Shown here: positions 60,131 through 64,000 of the stretch, one piece after another | Layout: every line of letters begins with the position of its first letter | Position numbering within the stretch: position 1 is the stretch's first letter | DNA from: Polaribacter sp. | GTDB lineage: Bacteria > Bacteroidota > Bacteroidia > Flavobacteriales > Flavobacteriaceae | Assembly: GCA_028343155.1 (NCBI GenBank) | Contig: JAOLXX010000008.1 | Coordinates: forward strand, 3,342-67,341 | Direction: 5' to 3' | Length of the DNA: 64,000 nt | The notes under the pieces: model-generated | Seen by the model: only the letters and a program-made list of their open reading frames with translations | Told to the model about the DNA's origin: nothing | The model's database searches: none | Program-made: the position numbers and the translations under genes

Positions 60131-60511
60131 ATGAACGATAATTATAACATTTTAGCAGTTTTTGAATATTCAACAGAAGCACATATTACAAAATCCAGGT
60201 TAGATTCTGATGGTTTTGATACAATGTTAATGGATGAAAAAACCATTGATTCAGATCCTTTAATTAGTAATGCAATTGGTGGTGTAAAATTATTAGTTCA
60301 TAAAAATGATTTTAAAAAAGCGACTGAAATCTACAATGAAATAAGAACATATCAAAAAGACGAAAAAGGAAATAATTTTTCTTGTCCAAAATGTAAATCT
60401 AACAAAATCTTAGTAGCTCTTCCTTTTAGGAAAAATATATTTTATATGTTATTTCCTTTTTTTGAAATTAGAAAATTAATTTGTAATAATTGCAAAACAC
60501 TTTTTAAATGA
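60131..60511 (+). CDS. DUF2007-like protein with a C-terminal zinc ribbon
   Basis: EAHI.KS.L.S.G, NAIGGVKLLV, CPKC...CNNC. Confidence 0.75.
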   Translation: MNDNYNILAVFEYSTEAHITKSRLDSDGFDTMLMDEKTIDSDPLISNAIGGVKLLVHKNDFKKATEIYNEIRTYQKDEKGNNFSCPKCKSNKILVALPFRKNIFYMLFPFFEIRKLICNNCKTLFK

Positions 60512-61116
60512 AAAAATATTTTATCACCGGAATTTCTACAGAAGTAGGAAAAACAGTTGTCGCAGCAATTGTAACAGAAGCTTTAGAAGCAGATTATTGG
60601 AAGCCGATACAAGCAGGAGAATTAGAGAACTCTGACACACACAAAGTGGAACAGTTAATTTCAAATAATAACTCTAAATTTCATTCCAATTCCTATGCTT
60701 TAAAAACTCCAATGAGCCCTCATGCAGCAGCAGAAATAGATGGAATTACAATCGACTTAAAAAAAATACAAGTACCAAAAACGAGCAATCATTTAGTCAT
60801 AGAAGGCGCTGGTGGTTTATTAGTTCCGTTAAATAATACGGATACTATTTTGGATTTAATTCAGCCAGAATATAATGTAATTGTCGTTTCTCGCCATTAT
60901 TTAGGTAGTATCAATCACACACTTTTAACGGTAAAATTATTACAAGAAAAGGGTTTTAATATCGTTATTCTTTTTTCTGGGAAGGAGCATAAAACGACAG
61001 AAGAAATTATTAAAACAATGACAAACGTTACTGTTATTGGCCGCATCGATGAAGAACCTTATTTTGATAAAAATGTTGTGAAAGAATATGCTGATCAGTT
61101 GAAAGAAAAGTTATAA
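60508..61116 (+). CDS. bioD: Dethiobiotin synthase
   Basis: GISTEVGKT, WKPIQAG, EGAGG, LGSINHT. Confidence 0.96.
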   Translation: MKKYFITGISTEVGKTVVAAIVTEALEADYWKPIQAGELENSDTHKVEQLISNNNSKFHSNSYALKTPMSPHAAAEIDGITIDLKKIQVPKTSNHLVIEGAGGLLVPLNNTDTILDLIQPEYNVIVVSRHYLGSINHTLLTVKLLQEKGFNIVILFSGKEHKTTEEIIKTMTNVTVIGRIDEEPYFDKNVVKEYADQLKEKL

Positions 61117-61121
61117 TTTGC

Positions 61122-61562
61122 ATGCAAATGAAAGGACCCAAGACACTTATTTTTTTTACACCAAAAGCTTCTTCTGGAAATGGAGCCGTCTTTGTTGATG
61201 TTGGTATTTCTGCTGGATTCCCGTCTCCTGCAGACGATTTTAGAGAAGCTAGAATTTCTTTAGATGACGAACTTATTCAAAATAAAGACGCTACTTTTTT
61301 TGCAAAGGTAAAAGGGCAATCTATGATTGATGCCGGTTTAGATGATAATGATTTATTAGTTATAGATAGAAGCTTAGCGCCTGTAAATAATAAAATTGCA
61401 GTCTGTTTTCTAGATGGGGAGTTTACTGTAAAACGCTTGCGAGTAGAAAAAAATCAAGTTTGGTTGCAACCCGAAAATCCGAATTATCCTATTATAAATA
61501 TCACTGAAGACAATGACTTTATGATTTGGGGAATTGTAACGAGTGTTATTAAGAAAGTTTAA
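61122..61562 (+). CDS. umuD: UmuD (S24 autoprotease) subunit of polymerase V
   Basis: SAGFPSPA cleavage site, GQSM, FTVKRL. Confidence 0.93.
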   Translation: MQMKGPKTLIFFTPKASSGNGAVFVDVGISAGFPSPADDFREARISLDDELIQNKDATFFAKVKGQSMIDAGLDDNDLLVIDRSLAPVNNKIAVCFLDGEFTVKRLRVEKNQVWLQPENPNYPIINITEDNDFMIWGIVTSVIKKV

Positions 61563-62008
61563 TTCAGGTTTCGTTTTTCAATAAAAAAACGTTTTAAGAT
61601 CTGAGAACATTCGTTTTCTAAAATTCCTGCGATTACTTTTGTTTTTGGATGTAAAGTCGTTTTTAAATTTTTAAAACCCCTTTCTGGTTCTGAAGCTCCA
61701 TAAACAATCTTACCAATTTGCGCCCAATAACTTGCACCAGCACACATTTGACATGGTTCTAGCGTAACATATAAGACACAGTCTTTTAAATATTTTCCGC
61801 CTAAAAAATCTGCAGCAGCCGTAAATGCTTGCATTTCTGCATGTGCAGTTACATCATTTAAAGTTTCTGTTAGATTATGAGCTCTTGCAATTATCTGGTC
61901 TTTAAAAACGATAATTGCTCCAACAGGAATTTCTCCTCTATTAAAAGCAGCTGTTGCTTCTTGTAAGGCTTTTTTCATAAAATAAATATCGTCAAAAGGT
62001 TGTATCAT
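61559..62008 (-). CDS. tadA: tRNA adenosine deaminase
   Basis: GEIPVGA, TAHAE, TLEPCQMC. Confidence 0.9.
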   Translation of the reverse strand: MIQPFDDIYFMKKALQEATAAFNRGEIPVGAIIVFKDQIIARAHNLTETLNDVTAHAEMQAFTAAADFLGGKYLKDCVLYVTLEPCQMCAGASYWAQIGKIVYGASEPERGFKNLKTTLHPKTKVIAGILENECSQILKRFFIEKRNLN

Positions 62009-62115
62009 TTTTATAACAGAATGAAAGATTTACAATAGATTTGCAGAATTAATTGCTCGTTCTACGGGTCAATATTACAAAAACTTTTTGATGACTAAAG
62101 TTGTACTTTTGTGAA

Positions 62116-63906
62116 ATGACAAAAAATTTGTTAAAGAATATATCCCATCCACCAGATTTAAGAAAGTTAAATCCTAATAAGTTACCCCAATTAGCAAAAG
62201 AATTGAGGGAGTTTATTATTGATGTTCTAGCAACAAAAGAAGGTCATTTAGGCGCAAGTTTAGGTGTTGTTGAATTGACTATTGCGATTCATTATTTGTT
62301 TGATACACCCAACGATTTATTGGTTTGGGATGTTGGGCATCAAGCTTATGGGCATAAAATTTTAACGGGCAGAAAAGACATTTTTCATACCAATAGACAA
62401 CTTGGTGGAATTGCGGGTTTTCCATCAAGAAAAGAAAGTAATTTTGATGCTTTCGGAGTTGGACACTCTTCTACGTCTATTTCTGCTGCATTAGGAATGG
62501 CTATTGCATCAAATTTAAAAGGAGCAACAGAAAAACAACATATTGCTGTTATTGGCGATGCTTCAATTGCAAGCGGAATGGCTTTTGAAGCTTTAAATCA
62601 TGCAGGAGTTTCTAAGGCAAATTTACTTATTATTTTAAATGACAATGCGATTGGAATAGACCCTTCTGTAGGCGCTCTAAAACAATATTTGACCAAAGTT
62701 AAAACGGATAAAAGAGTTGCGGCACAAAACAATATTATTAAAGCTTTGAATTTTGATTATTCTGGTCCTGTTGACGGTCATGATTTACCAAAAATCTTAT
62801 CAGAATTAGCACGGTTAAAAAAAGTTAAAGGACCTCGGTTTTTACATATTATTACCACTAAAGGGAAAGGTTTACAGAAAGCAGAAGAAGATCAAGTTAC
62901 TTATCATGCACCTGGAAAATTTGATAAAGTTTCTGGAGAAAGAGTACAAACTGTAAAAAGTGTCTTTACGAAGTATCAAGATGTTTTTGGGAAAACAATT
63001 GTAGAATTAGCTATTCAAAATGATAGAATTGTTGGAATTACACCAGCAATGTTAACAGGAAGTTCGTTGAAGTTTATGTTAGAAAAATTCCCAGAGAGAA
63101 CTTTTGATGTTGGTATTGCAGAACAGCATGCCGTTACATTGGCTGCCGGTATGGCAACACAGGGGTTGATTCCTTATTGCAATATTTATTCTACTTTTTT
63201 ACAACGGGCTTACGATCAGGTAATTCATGATGTTGCATTGCAAAATTTACCCGTTATCTTTTGTTTGGATAGAGCGGGTTTAGTTGGTGAAGATGGTGCC
63301 ACACATCATGGAGTTTTTGATATCGCTTATTTAAGATGCATTCCTAATTTAATTATTTTTGCACCAAGAAATGAAATCGAATTGCGTAATATCTTATACA
63401 CTGCTCAACAAGGGTTGAAAAACCCAATTGCAATTCGCTATCCAAGAGGAAAGGGAACAATCATTGATTGGCATAAACCGTTTCAAAAAATTGAAATAGG
63501 GAAGGCAGTACAATTAAAAACAGGGAGTAAAACAGCCATTTTATCACTGGGAACTATTGCTAAAAATGTATCTGAGGCATTGAAATTGATTGATGGAAAA
63601 TTAGACAAGCTCAATTCAAGTTCTTTGTTTTCTCATTACGATATGCGTTTTGTAAACCCTTTGGATGAACAAAGTTTACACCTAATTTTTTCAACCTATA
63701 AAACAATTATTACTGTGGAAGACGGCGCTGTAAAAGGGGGGTTTGGTGCCGCAATTTTAGAGTTTTCAGCCAAAAATAATTATCAAAACAATGTAAAACT
63801 CATAGGAATTCCTGATGAATTTATTGGACACGGAAGCGTATTTCAACTTCAACAGTCACTAGGATTAGATGCTAAAAGCTTAGCTGAGTTATTTTCTAAA
63901 ACATAA
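62116..63906 (+). CDS. dxs: 1-deoxy-D-xylulose-5-phosphate synthase
   Basis: GHLGASLG, DVGHQ, GIAEQH, FLQRAYDQ, DGATH. Confidence 0.97.
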   Translation: MTKNLLKNISHPPDLRKLNPNKLPQLAKELREFIIDVLATKEGHLGASLGVVELTIAIHYLFDTPNDLLVWDVGHQAYGHKILTGRKDIFHTNRQLGGIAGFPSRKESNFDAFGVGHSSTSISAALGMAIASNLKGATEKQHIAVIGDASIASGMAFEALNHAGVSKANLLIILNDNAIGIDPSVGALKQYLTKVKTDKRVAAQNNIIKALNFDYSGPVDGHDLPKILSELARLKKVKGPRFLHIITTKGKGLQKAEEDQVTYHAPGKFDKVSGERVQTVKSVFTKYQDVFGKTIVELAIQNDRIVGITPAMLTGSSLKFMLEKFPERTFDVGIAEQHAVTLAAGMATQGLIPYCNIYSTFLQRAYDQVIHDVALQNLPVIFCLDRAGLVGEDGATHHGVFDIAYLRCIPNLIIFAPRNEIELRNILYTAQQGLKNPIAIRYPRGKGTIIDWHKPFQKIEIGKAVQLKTGSKTAILSLGTIAKNVSEALKLIDGKLDKLNSSSLFSHYDMRFVNPLDEQSLHLIFSTYKTIITVEDGAVKGGFGAAILEFSAKNNYQNNVKLIGIPDEFIGHGSVFQLQQSLGLDAKSLAELFSKT

Positions 63907-64000
63907 AAAAAACGCTTTTAAGCGTCTTTTTTCTTTTAACTCGGGATGTTTTTAATGCTTACATTGGAAAATCTATTGTTTTTTTTTTAGTCAGTATTAT

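Overview
AT-rich chromosomal window from a marine Flavobacteriaceae member, probably Polaribacter/Tenacibaculum-like (inferred from gene order, TAnnTTTG promoters and a T9SS cargo protein). It is mostly intact housekeeping genes: dut, gpsA, pheS, gdhA, dinB, sdhCAB, rnhA, purN, acpP-fabF-rnc, pyk, purL, ppc, tilS, pabB, bioB/A/F/D, umuC/umuD, tadA and dxs. Accessory content includes a ParDE toxin-antitoxin pair, a sulfatase-YHYH module, a type III PKS cluster with its own KAS/ACP/dehydratase/PPTase, a GH30 and a PL6 lyase, plus at least six pseudogenes. Three observations stand out. (1) Integron attC-like folded elements bracket single-gene cassettes at 13.6 kb and 33.2-34.9 kb, with no integrase in the window. 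(2) A catalytically intact FabF-like ketosynthase sits inside a biotin cluster that lacks bioC/bioH/bioW in this window, a candidate alternative route to the pimeloyl precursor. (3) Short palindromic REP-like elements occur both between genes and in frame inside protein-coding genes. No rRNA, tRNA or CRISPR array was seen. All calls come from motif recognition by eye; no database searches were run.
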